Positions 50,531 through 61,431 of a DNA stretch of 64,000 bases are shown piece by piece. Both the position numbers and the translations under genes were made by a program. Source of the DNA: Octopus sinensis (lineage: Eukaryota); NCBI RefSeq assembly GCF_006345805.1, contig NC_042999.1, positions 149,668,001 to 149,732,000 of the forward strand, given 5' to 3'. Each line of letters starts with the position of its first letter. Position 1 is the first letter of the stretch. The notes below the pieces were generated by a model, which worked only from the letters and a program-made list of their open reading frames with translations, did no database searches and was not told where the DNA came from.

Positions 50531-52835
50531 TAAGCTCAGCGATACATTAATCCTTTCTACCATAGGGACAAAAAAAATCCCTGGAATTTTGTGGGAGGGA
50601 GTTGGTCGACTGCATTGATCCCAGTGCTCAACTAGTAGTTATTTTATCAACCCCGAAAGGTTGAAAAAGGTTGAGTCGATCTCGTCGCAATTTGAATTCA
50701 CCTAGTCTTTCTTCCTTGGAACTGCAATGATTCTATAAATACAGGTTATAAAACCTTGTGTATTTATAGAATCTATCTCCAGATGAGCCATCTCATTTCA
50801 CTTATTTTCGAGATCGTACGTGCGATATTTTGGGTGAGGCCAATAATTGATTAGTCTAGAGAAGGATAGGCTCGGGAATACAGTCATAGATTTGCAAATA
50901 CACTTTTAAGGTTTCATGAATAATTTTGTCGATAGATGACTGCACAGTCTGTGGAGCAACGGGCGGAATTCTTTGCGATACTTAAGTTCTTTCAGAGGCG
51001 GGAGCTGACAGAATCGTTAGCAAAATGCTTAGCGGCATTTCGTCTGTCTTTACGTTTTGAGTTCAAATTCTGCCGACGTTGACTTTGCCTTCCATACTTT
51101 CGAGATCGATAAAATAAATACCAGTTGAGCACTGGGGTTGGTGTAATCAACATACTCCCTCTCCTGAAACTTCTGGTCTTGTGCCCAAATTTGAAACCGA
51201 TTTTTTAAGTCTCTTTGAACTTTGAATTCAAAATCTAGCTTGAAGCTGCTTTTTCTCCTCCTGGGGTTCAATACTGAGGCTGACGTTTTAGCTAAGTATT
51301 TTTCTCTTCACATTTATGAGCTATGTGCCTTTAAATACATGATAAATCTGATAGGCCATCAATGGAAGCTGGAAACTTAAGAAATAATAAATAACCTTCT
51401 TTCGTCTTTATGCCAAAAAATATTATTTTGTCTTTAATGTCTCATGGAAAAACATTTCTGCGTTTTTCATTTCTCACTGTCTTCTTTGAAGCTCACTTTC
51501 TCTTCTCTTCGTCTCTTATTTTCTTTTCCTCTAAGATTCATGCCAACTCCAATTAATCCCCCCCTTTCCTCTCCTTTTCTCCAAGATGAGAGAGAGAGAG
51601 AGAAAGAGATAGAAAGGGAGAGAAAGAGAGAGAAAGGGAAAGAGAGAGGGACAGAGGGCAAACGAGTGAGAGAGAGCAAGCGAGTAAGAGAGAGAGCAAA
51701 CAAGTGAAAGAAAGAGAGAGAGAGAGGAAGAGAGAGAGAGAGAGATGGGGCAAGCAGTTTCCGCTACACTAAGTTTCGAATCCTAGTTGTAGAAAACCAG
51801 TACCAAACATCTGTGTAATGTAGAAAAAAAATACATATAAAGAAAACAACGGTCTCTCCCTCTATCCATCTTTTTTTCTCTCTCTCTCTCCCTTTTTTCT
51901 CTCTCTTCCTCTTTTTTCTCTCTCTCAACCTCTCACCCTCTTTTTTCTCTCTATTCCTCTCTATCTCTATATCTATCTCGTTTCTCTTTCTCTTTATCTC
52001 TCTGTTTGTTTGTCTCTGTCTCTCTGTCTCCCATAAGAAAAGCAAATTCAGTTTTTCTTCCCTTTTACTTGATCTGTTTTCTGTCTTCCCTTTTAAATCC
52101 TCCTCTCTCTCTCTCTCTCTTTCCTTCTAAAGCTTCCTTCTCCCTTTCTCTCTCACTTATTTCATTTACTTTATCATTTCTCACCTCACGTCTCCTTCTC
52201 CTCCTCTCTCTCTCTTTCTCTCTCTCACTCACTCACTCTCTCTTTCTCTCTCTATCTTTCCTTTTTTATTCTGTGGTAAAAAAAAATAAGAAAAAAAAAG
52301 TCAAGAAAAACGACGACGCCAAAGCGGAAAGAAATGCCAGGTGCAGGTGTCTCCTTTTCTACCAGTGTCTGATGTCGCTGCAATGGCAATTTGCTATTGT
52401 TCAAAACGCGCATTTTGAGTTGCGTTGATCTGCTGTCGCTGCAGTTGCTTCTTGCTCTCTGCAGATATGGAACATGGAATTGTTTGCTACTATTGATTGA
52501 GAGAAGGTGGTGGCGGAGCGACAGAAACGATAGGCAGTCAGGTTTAAATGCCTCGCGGTACGTATTTACTGACGTTGCGAGTTCAATTCTCGCTGCAGCC
52601 AACTATTTTTGCATCTTAGGTTTCTGATGTCGTTAAAGCAAACAAAAACAAAAAAAACTACTAGAAACAATTTGAATTACAGACTTCTCCCTACCTTACA
52701 AAATTTTACCTGTGTTAGAATTCGTAATAATTAACGGAAAAGAACCAGTAGAGTGGCAGAAACGGTAGAGCTATTGGTTCACAAAAGGTGTGCCGCCGCA
52801 AGAAAATATAGACACATCACGGATTTATAAAGATA

Positions 52836-53880
52836 CTTGCAGAGATACCCGGCGTTGCCCGGTTACATTCAATTGAAAAATTAGACTTTTCTGTTATATT
52901 TTCTGAATGAACTGGAATATCTGTTTCGAATTTCATCAAAATTGCAGATGAGGGTTATTTCCCTCTTTACACACCCTAAAAATTGTAATCGTGCCACATG
53001 GAAACCAAAAGACGAATGATCACAATAAGCAGTCAGTTACCCTACCCTTGTCGTTACCACTCCCAATGTAGGATTCCTCACCATCCAGGTGACAGGCACA
53101 GCCGTAAGATGCATTACGAATCTATAGCAATTGGAAGGGCGTGACCCAACTGAAATCAACATTAACAATTGTGTGACGTGAGGGCTTAGGAGAAATTAAA
53201 GTGTCACCTCTGGAGTTTGCAAATGACCACTATACTGATACGTAACTGGACAGAATGAATTTAAAATCTATAAATGTCTTTGAATAACCAGTCACTCATC
53301 TGGGAAGGCCTTGTGATCAATGTTACCATCTGGGGACTATGTGTGACCGAGTGATAATAAAAAGACTGAAAGGAGGTCTGCAATCAAATAACTTTACTCA
53401 ACACTTTGCAGCTGAATCAGTGGAGACAAAGATGCCTCTCATTTACTTAACAATTTATGCACCACATTGCAGAAATCACAATGTAAGTGTATGTCAAAGC
53501 AAACTGTTACACAGTTGTACCGTTGAATTAGAAATAATGCCCAACTTTTATGCTCGGGTAACCCTACAGCTTCCAAGAGCACAACTGTATTCGTTTTTGC
53601 TTAGATAAAATGACAAAATTGTGGGTGTTAAGTCCCCATGGAAGGGTCTTTCTAACTTTGTAAGAAGATGAAATTTCATAAATATTACTCCATTTGTGTC
53701 TAATAGCTATGGTTAAAATTTCATCAACTGCAAAAATATACGAATTGTCATGGTGGTTATGGCCCTTAAGCTTAGAATATAATTTCCAAATTTCCTAAAG
53801 ATCCATTCAGTACTTTTGACCTAGTTCTGGATCATAAAAGAAATTACTAAAATTTGGGAGTTAAGGCTCCCATTATGGTG

Positions 53881-53929
<49 letters not shown>

Positions 53930-54159
53930 GGAATGGCCTTAATAGGCCATTCAACTCACTAAAACGAGCAGCTAAACTCAAACCGCTAAATAGTAGTAAT
54001 TCAGCTGCTCTTTTTAGTGAGTTGAATGGCCTATTAAAGCCATTCCTTAATATTATTGTTGAATATATATTATATAGTCTTTTGACTATTTTTTCTTTCT
54101 CACTAGACCGCTGGTGGCGAAAATAATTTCTATTGAATTTTTTGCTACCCTTATATTGA

Positions 54160-54224
<65 letters not shown>

Positions 54225-54232
54225 ATATATAT

Positions 54233-54237
<5 letters not shown>
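52836..54237 (-). mobile_element. Possible non-autonomous Helitron/Helentron-like element; 5' extent uncertain
   Basis: A|CTTGCAGAGATACCCGGCGTTGCCCGG is the reverse complement of a hairpin plus CAAG (CTAG with one change); candidate 5' TC at (TA)nGA|T 54237. Confidence 0.45.
53930..54046. mobile_element. 117-bp fold-back MITE with TTAA TSD and GG termini (Kolobok-like)
   Basis: TTAA|GGAATGGCCTTAATAGGCCATTCAACTCACTAAAACGAGCAGCT ... AGCTGCTCTTTTTAGTGAGTTGAATGGCCTATTAAAGCCATTCC|TTAA; 2 mismatches between arms. Confidence 0.85.
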
Positions 54238-54319
<82 letters not shown>

Positions 54320-54583
54320 CACACACACACACACACACAAAGATAAATTGATAGATACAACTGAGTGGGCAAACAAAAATATGAGACACAGCCTAGTGCT
54401 TTTTTATGTTGATTAGTTTGTTCCTGTGAAACCAGTAAGTTTTGTGGATGTAAATAAATGAACAGCAGTTGTGAAGCAGTGATGAGGGCGAAACACAGAC
54501 ACAAAGACACACACATACACTTACATATATGCATATATATACGATTGATTTGTTTCAGTTCCTGTCTACGAAATCCATATATA

Positions 54584-57314
54584 TTGTTGTTGGCATCCTT
54601 TTTGTCACGAGAGACAATGGAGTTGCGCATCAAATAATCTAGTCCGGCTTTTACATTTCATGTCCTAATACATCTCCTGCTGTGGATGTGTAGTCCTATC
54701 CAGTACAACCACTCCCTCTGGCAGGTGCCGCAAATGTAGCGAAGACTTTGCCTGGCTGGTTGTAATGTCATACTTTCTTATTGACGTCTTTTCTTGTCTT
54801 TCTATTTCTCCTCTCCCTCTATGTCACTCCTTTGTGTTCCCTCTTTTACGGTAGGTTGCCAATCTCTACGGTTGCTGGCAACTACTTCCCAGTTGGTAAT
54901 ATTGATGTTGCAGGCATTCATGTCCCTTTTGCAAACATCCTTGTATCGTAAGAACGGTCTTCCCACAGACCTAGTGCCCCTAGCAAGCTCTCCGTTGAGT
55001 ATGTCGTTGGGGATTCTGCCATATTCCATACGGCTAACATGTCGAAGCCATCTCATACGTCTTTCTGTGAGGAGTGTAAACATGCTTGGTATTCCTGCTT
55101 GCTTGAGGACATCTTTGTTGGGGACATGATTCTGCCATTTAATGCGAAGGATTTTCCGGAGGCAGCGCAGGTGAAAGATATTTAGGCGACGTATGGCGTC
55201 GTATGGCGTGTGTATGGCGTCCAAGTCTCACTTCCATACAGTAGATTGCTAAGTACACATGCTCGGAAAATCTTCAATTTTGTGGTCTTGGTCAGCTTAT
55301 TGTTGTCCCATGCCCGTTTGGAGAGTTGGGCCATCACAGCAGCTACCTTGCCAATGCGTATATTGAGCTCAGTATCAAGGGATAGGTTGTAGGTGACGGT
55401 AGAGCCAAGATAGGTAAACTTCTCCACCTCCTGTAGTCTGTGGTCTCCAATATGTATGTTTGGGATAGTCGATGTCACCTGGCCCATGATGTTGGTCTTC
55501 TTGAGGCTGATAAATAAGCCAAAGTTGCCACATGCTTGCTCAAAACAGTTGATTAGCCTTTGTAGGGCTTCTTCTGTGTGTGATACCAGAGCGGCATCAT
55601 CAGCAAATAGCATCTCCTTGATGAGGACGCTTCTGATTTTGGTCTTGGCACGCAAACGCGAGAGATTGAACAGTTTCCCATCACTTCTACTGTGCAGAAA
55701 CACTCCATCATCTGATGTCACAAAGGCATGTGACTGCAGTGGCGAGAAGAAGATGCCAAATAATGTAGGAGCAAGGACACAACCTTGCTTTACCCCATTT
55801 TTTATTTGGAAGGCGGCTGATGTTGAACCATTGTGCTGTATGGTGCCTTGCATATCATCATGGAAAGATGTGATGATCCTCAGCAGCTTTGGTGGACGTC
55901 CGATTTTTTGGAGCATGATGAAGAGGCCTTTTCTACTTACCAAGTCAACGGCCTTTGTCAGATCAATGAAGGCCATATATAATGGCATTTTCTGCTCTCT
56001 GAACTTCTCCTGAAGTTGGCGTATGGAGAATATCATGTCAATAGTTGATCTGCTTCTTCTAAAGCCACACTGCGATTCTGGATAAATTCGAGAAGCAAGC
56101 AGTTGCAGCCTGGACAGGATAATGCGAGCAGAGGTCTTTCCAACAGTGCTTAGAAGAGATATTCCACGGTAATTGTTACAATCACCACGGTCACCTCTGT
56201 TTTTGTAAACCGTAATGATGTTAGCATCCCGCATATCTTGAAGGACTGTACCCTCCTCTCAACACTGACACAGAAGCTCATGAATGTGCCGAAGCAGGAT
56301 GGTGTTTTTGCCGGTTTTGATGATCTCAAATGGGATGCCGTCTTTTTCCGGAGCCTTGTTACTTGCTAGGGAGTCAATAGCCTTGGTGAGCTCTGCTATA
56401 GATGGCAGACTGTCAAGTTCACACATGACTGGCAAGATCTTGACACCCTCGATTGCAGCCTCAGCTACCGTGGTCTCTCGTGAGTAGAGATGCTGGTAGT
56501 ACTCCACCCATCTATCCATTTGCTTGCTTTGGTCCTTGATGAGATCCCCAGTAGTTGATTTCAGAGAGGCTGACTTGGATGCGGATGGACCGAGGGCCTT
56601 CTTCAAACCGGCATACATCCCACGGGTGTCGCCACTGTCAGCAGCTGACTGGATACTCTGACAGATTTCCTGCCAATACCTATTTGCACAGCGTCTGGCA
56701 GTCAGTTGGGTTTTATTTCTTGCCTTTCTGAGTTCTTCGAGTGACTTTATAGAAGAATCACTCTTGTATTACATCAGAGCTGCACGCTTTGTTTCGATAA
56801 GTGTTTCCAGCTCTGAGAGCCCAGCACTGAACAAAATCTGGGTTTTGCCTTTCTCTCATGCTGAAAGTATCTATTGATGTGGTATACAAAGCTTCCCTGA
56901 TATAATTCCACCTACTTTCAGCAGAGGGGTTTGGGCAGCTACTGAGGGCAACTTTGATAGAAACAGCAAAACATTTTCGCAGTGTAGGGTCGGGGGTTCT
57001 GGCAGTGTTAATGCGTGGTCGGCCCATTTTCTTGGAGTGATGGACTTTTTAGGCAGAATCCTCACCCTGCTTCTTATTAGTGAATGATCTGTGTCACAAT
57101 CCGCGCTGTGGTAACTACGAGTCAGTTGAACAGAATTCAGAAAGGGTCTTCGTGTAATGATGAGATCCAGCTGATGCCAGTGGTGAGATCTTGGATGTCT
57201 CCAAGATTCCTTATGGGATGTCTTGTTGGCAAAGAATGTGTTAGTGATGCACAGGTTATGGTATGTGCAAAATTCAAGTAGTCTCTGGCCATTGTCATTC
57301 ATGTTGCCAATACC
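54584..57314 (-). mobile_element. RTE-clade LINE, 5'-truncated, frameshifted APE-RT ORF
   Basis: ORF pieces 56871-57332 (APE: GNMNDNGQRLLEFC, HQLDLI, DTDHSL), 56259-56618, 55182-56234 (RT: GVKQGCVLAP, LFADD, FTYLGS) and 54802-55224; CxxC...GLHIHSRRC motif at 54667-54738; tail GGATGCCAACAACAA. Confidence 0.95.
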
Positions 57315-57543
57315 TATTTCTTTATTACCCACAAGGGGCTAAACATAGAGGGGACAAACAAGGACAGACATAGGTATTAAGTCGATTACATCGACCCAGT
57401 GCGTAACTGGTACTTAATTTATCGACCCCGAAAGGATGAAAGGCAAAGTCGACCTCGGCGGAATTTGAACTCACAACGTAACGACAGACGAAATACCGCT
57501 AAGCACTTCGCCCGGCGTTCTAAGGTTTCTGCCAGCTCACCGC
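57315..57543 (-). mobile_element. SINE-B, full length, fused to the 5' end of the RTE
   Basis: Sense junction AAAGAAATA|GGTATTGGCAACATG; head abuts the duplicated flank at 57543. Confidence 0.92.
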
Positions 57544-57616
57544 ATACACTTACATATATACATACATATATATACGATCGATTTGTTTCAGTTCCTGTCT
57601 GCAGAATCCATATATA

Positions 57617-57656
<40 letters not shown>

Positions 57657-57661
57657 TATAT

Positions 57662-57694
<33 letters not shown>

Positions 57695-58220
57695 ATGCAT
57701 ACACATACATACATACATATATATTTGGAATTTACAAAAGAAACGAACAAAAGACGAAGACGGGTGTGTAAACAGCAAACAGGTTTATTAGTTTAACGCT
57801 CCGGACTTAGGAATATTTATATAGGGAGTACTACTAATTTTAAAATTAGATATAGGGGACACAAGAATTCATTTATTCACCCCTATATAAAAAATTACTG
57901 ACATTTTAGTATGTTGTAAGCATAAATATTTAGCGTCTTATAATTTTCTTAAACTTTAAAATATAATTTTTTAGAATATAAAAGCTTTTTGAAAATACGG
58001 TCCAATTAGATCATTAGATCCAATGAACACTTATGCACAAACCTGTAATCTTAAATTATTTTTTTTTTTAGTAGTATATATCAGTACATTGGAATATTCC
58101 AATTGGCTATTATTTGCATGATTAACTAAAGTTAACCTTTCAATGATTTTCATTTCTTATTTAAACGTGGTATTCCTCTTGAAATCGTCAGGACCTGATA
58201 TAATGCTGTCACTTATTCAT

Positions 58221-59862
58221 TTCGAAGTCGTGAGTTAAATTTTGTTACTGCGTTGCACGTTAGTTTTGTTGAGCGTTTTTTGTTGTGCGGTTACACGGTA
58301 TTTGTCTGTCTGTGTCGAGACGGACAGGGACGGCCCCTCCCTGATGGGAGAGACGGCATGAGTGTTCGAGACCCTATCGGACTTGTCTGCGTCTGAGGAG
58401 GAGTTGGAGGAAGCGGTGGAAGGAATGGACCGGAAATTGGGTGATGCTTGTGCTGGAGTGGCCGGGGAGTCGGAGGAGAGAGAGTTGGACTTGGCCGGGC
58501 TGCCAAGTTGCCAGAAGTTTGTCAGGAAGGAGGGCGGTGAGGTGGAGTTGGCACCGCCACCAAGGCGTAGAGAATGGTACGAGGTGGGGACCATTGCATA
58601 CAGGGTCTATGTGGGCGGAAGGAGAGGGGTCGAAGTGGTGAATGTGGAATGGATGGAGGGGGCTCTGAGAAGAGCGGAGGAGGGGATAGCATTTCTGACA
58701 GGAGGTGTAAGCTGCGGTGCTATGGTGGTGCAGTTCGGGAGTGAAAATGTAGCAAGAAGGATGGCGGCGAGGGCAGTGAAGTCTGAGAGGGTGTTCCTGT
58801 TGCCCTCGTACCTAAACAGGAAGATCACTAGAATAGGGGTGGGTGGAGGGAGTGTCCCCAAGTGTCGAAGCTGAATGGATTGTGGCGGCTATGATTGGCG
58901 GTCGTGAGAAGGAGGTGGACATCCTCCACGCCACGGTGAAGATCGAGGGCTGGAGGGGCGCAACGCTGGACTTGAATGTGCAAGCGGAGGATGAAGTGCT
59001 GGAGAACCTGACGAGGAATATCAGAGTGGGAGGCGTGATCATGAGAGTGTGGGTCGAGGGCAGAGCTCCACGCTGTTACAAGTGTGGCCTGCGAGGGCAC
59101 ATAAGAGCTAACTGCCCTCCCCCAGAGAAAAATATGGATGCGGAACCACAAAGAGAGGCGGAAAAAGAGCAGAAACCAGAAGAGAAAGAGACAACAGAAG
59201 AAGAAGAGGCTTCAAAAGAATGGGAAGAAGCCAGGAAAAAGAGGAAGAGAAGAATAAGAGGAAAAGCAAACAGTACGGAACCCCAATCCACCCCAACACC
59301 ACCCATACCCTCTAAGTCCCACCCTCTCCCGGCAGACAGTGAACCCACCCGCTCCCCTCCAACAAGAAAACAGAAAAGAAAAGACACACACAACCAAGAT
59401 ACAAAAAATGAACCCAGGCCCAACATTGTATGTATGACGGGAAAGGAAAAGATTAAAAAGACAATGGAAGAATATCAATGGTGTGACAGAGGACCGATCA
59501 GATATGCAGTAATTGGAAAAGAACGAATGGACGAGTTTATGGTAATGTGTGAAAGGGAGGATTGGAAAGTAAGTGAAGTGAGAATGGTCGAAAAAATTAT
59601 GAGGGATTTGGAAGAGACGTTTGAAAGAAGGATGGAGATGGAAGGATTTTGTATATGAACTGAACAAGGAGCATTTGTGTGGGATTAATAACTAAAGGAC
59701 AGGTAAGTGATGCTAACAGATGGGGCCGTTAGCATCACTTTCATAATATTATTTTCAAAATTCATCTTTCATATCTATGTATCTGTGATGTTCTATGTCC
59801 CCAATGTCTTGTAGTGTCCCCTCTGTGTGGCCCCTAGTGGGCAATAAAGAAAAGTCAGTACC
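58221..59862 (+). mobile_element. ORF1-only non-autonomous Tx1/L1-type retroelement (HAL1-like), complete
   Basis: 17-bp TSD TGCTGTCACTTATTCAT at 58204-58220 and 59863-59879; single gag-like ORF; AATAAA at ~59843; no endonuclease or RT sequence. Confidence 0.88.
58344..59658 (+). pseudogene. ORF1-like nucleic-acid chaperone (~438 codons) with a CCHC zinc knuckle; one nonsense codon and one frameshift
   Basis: ATG at 58344 is in frame with ORF 58362-58874 but TGA occurs at 58359; +1 shift near 58850 joins ORF 58843-59658; RVWVEGRAPRCYKCGLRGHIRANCP fits CX2CX4HX4C. Confidence 0.8.
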
Positions 59863-60100
59863 TGCTGTCACTTATTCATCGATACTCAAAAACTGAACTT
59901 TCACCAACTGAATAGTCACCATGTAGTACCTTACTGCTTTTTGTTGGATTTTACCTCGAGAAAGGAGGGCTGAATTTTGAATACTTCGTACAACCACTTT
60001 TCTGAAACGGCTGCAGGTTAGGGAAAAAATTTTAATCGCCTCTTTCAATTTAGGTTTTTATTTTTCATGTTTATATTCGTATTTCATGGTTATGTTTATA

Positions 60101-60661
60101 TTGGGTTGTCTGGAAAGTTCGTGCCGATTTTTACAGGAAAGTAAAGGTCACTAAATAGTTGCCATTACATTTTTAATTAACCAAATCTGAACCATTTCGT
60201 TGCACAATACGTCTCCATCTTTCCTTAACCTTGAAAATACCCTCTTCCCGGAATTGGGGCGGTTTCAAGGCAAAGAATTCGTCAAGGTATCTTTTATGTC
60301 ATCTAAGGAATTGAAATCTTTACCATTAAGACTTTTCTGCAGAGACCTGAATAAGTGGAAATCCGAAGGAGTAATATCTGGGGGATAGGGAGGGGGGTAA
60401 CACATCCCAGCCGAGCTGCAGCAATTTTTGTCTGGTTCCCAAAGCATCAAGTGCCGAAAATGAACTTTCTCATCTTTTATTTAAAGGGTTACAGAATTAA
60501 CACAGGTTATAGGAACATAAACCTTCTTCCACGAAAAGATAGCTTAAACTGTGCTCTAAATGGATTTGTAGTCAAATCCTATTTTATGGACTTAAACATG
60601 TTCTAAAATAAGTCGAAAGATAAGCTACTATAAATCGGCACGAACTTTCCGGACAACCCAA
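60101..60661 (-). mobile_element. Internally deleted mariner (DD34D), 561 bp
   Basis: TA|TTGGGTTGTCTGGAAAGTTCGTGCCGATTT ... AAATCGGCACGAACTTTCCGGACAACCCAA|TA; PPYPPDITPSDFHLFRSLQ. Confidence 0.95.
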
Positions 60662-61077
60662 TATTTCTATTTTTATCATGAAACTCTTAACATAAATATT
60701 TGTATATTCGTATGGAATAATACCTCATGTGCTACATCTGAATTTTCATGTCTGAATGTTTTAAGACAAATATCCGAAATTTTTATCGTATACCACATTT
60801 TATTAATACTTAGCTCATATACGGAGATAAAAATGTTGTACTATATACTGCAGGTTATCTCCATTAACTTTTTGCTGTAATATACGATTTTTGCTCTCGT
60901 GACTGGACTAAGGCTACGTTGTTTTCCCATTATTAATAAATTGTATAATAACATTAAAATATAACTTTATATGGTGCATTTAGGTTCGTTGTGTGACCAC
61001 CCATTTTGGCCAAAAAAAATTGCATACATATTACATGGTCTTAAACTAATTTTGCCGGTAAATTTGAAACGTTTATA

Positions 61078-61245
61078 TTACGTTCTGAGTTCAAATTCCG
61101 CCGAGGTCGACTTTGCCTTTCATCCTTTCGGGGTCGATAGATTAAGTACCAGTTACGCACTGGGGTCGATGTAATCGACTTAATCCGTTTGTCTGTTCTT
61201 GTTTGTTCCCTCTATGTTTAGCCCCTTGTGGGCAGTAAAGAAATA
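61078..61245 (+). mobile_element. SINE-B, 5'-truncated, 7-bp TSD
   Basis: TATATTA at 61074-61080 and 61246-61252. Confidence 0.9.
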
Positions 61246-61431
61246 TATATTAATTTAGCATTAGAATTCTTCAAGTTGTATAAATATTGTTTGCATCATT
61301 CGAAAGAGAAATAAGTTTTGCATAAGGTGTAAAAGATATAAATAATTTGTATGGTGTTAGTAACAAAATATTTGGTAAGAAATAGAACTTTTATCGTCGG
61401 TCTTAAATATATTTTCGCCGGTGTATATATC

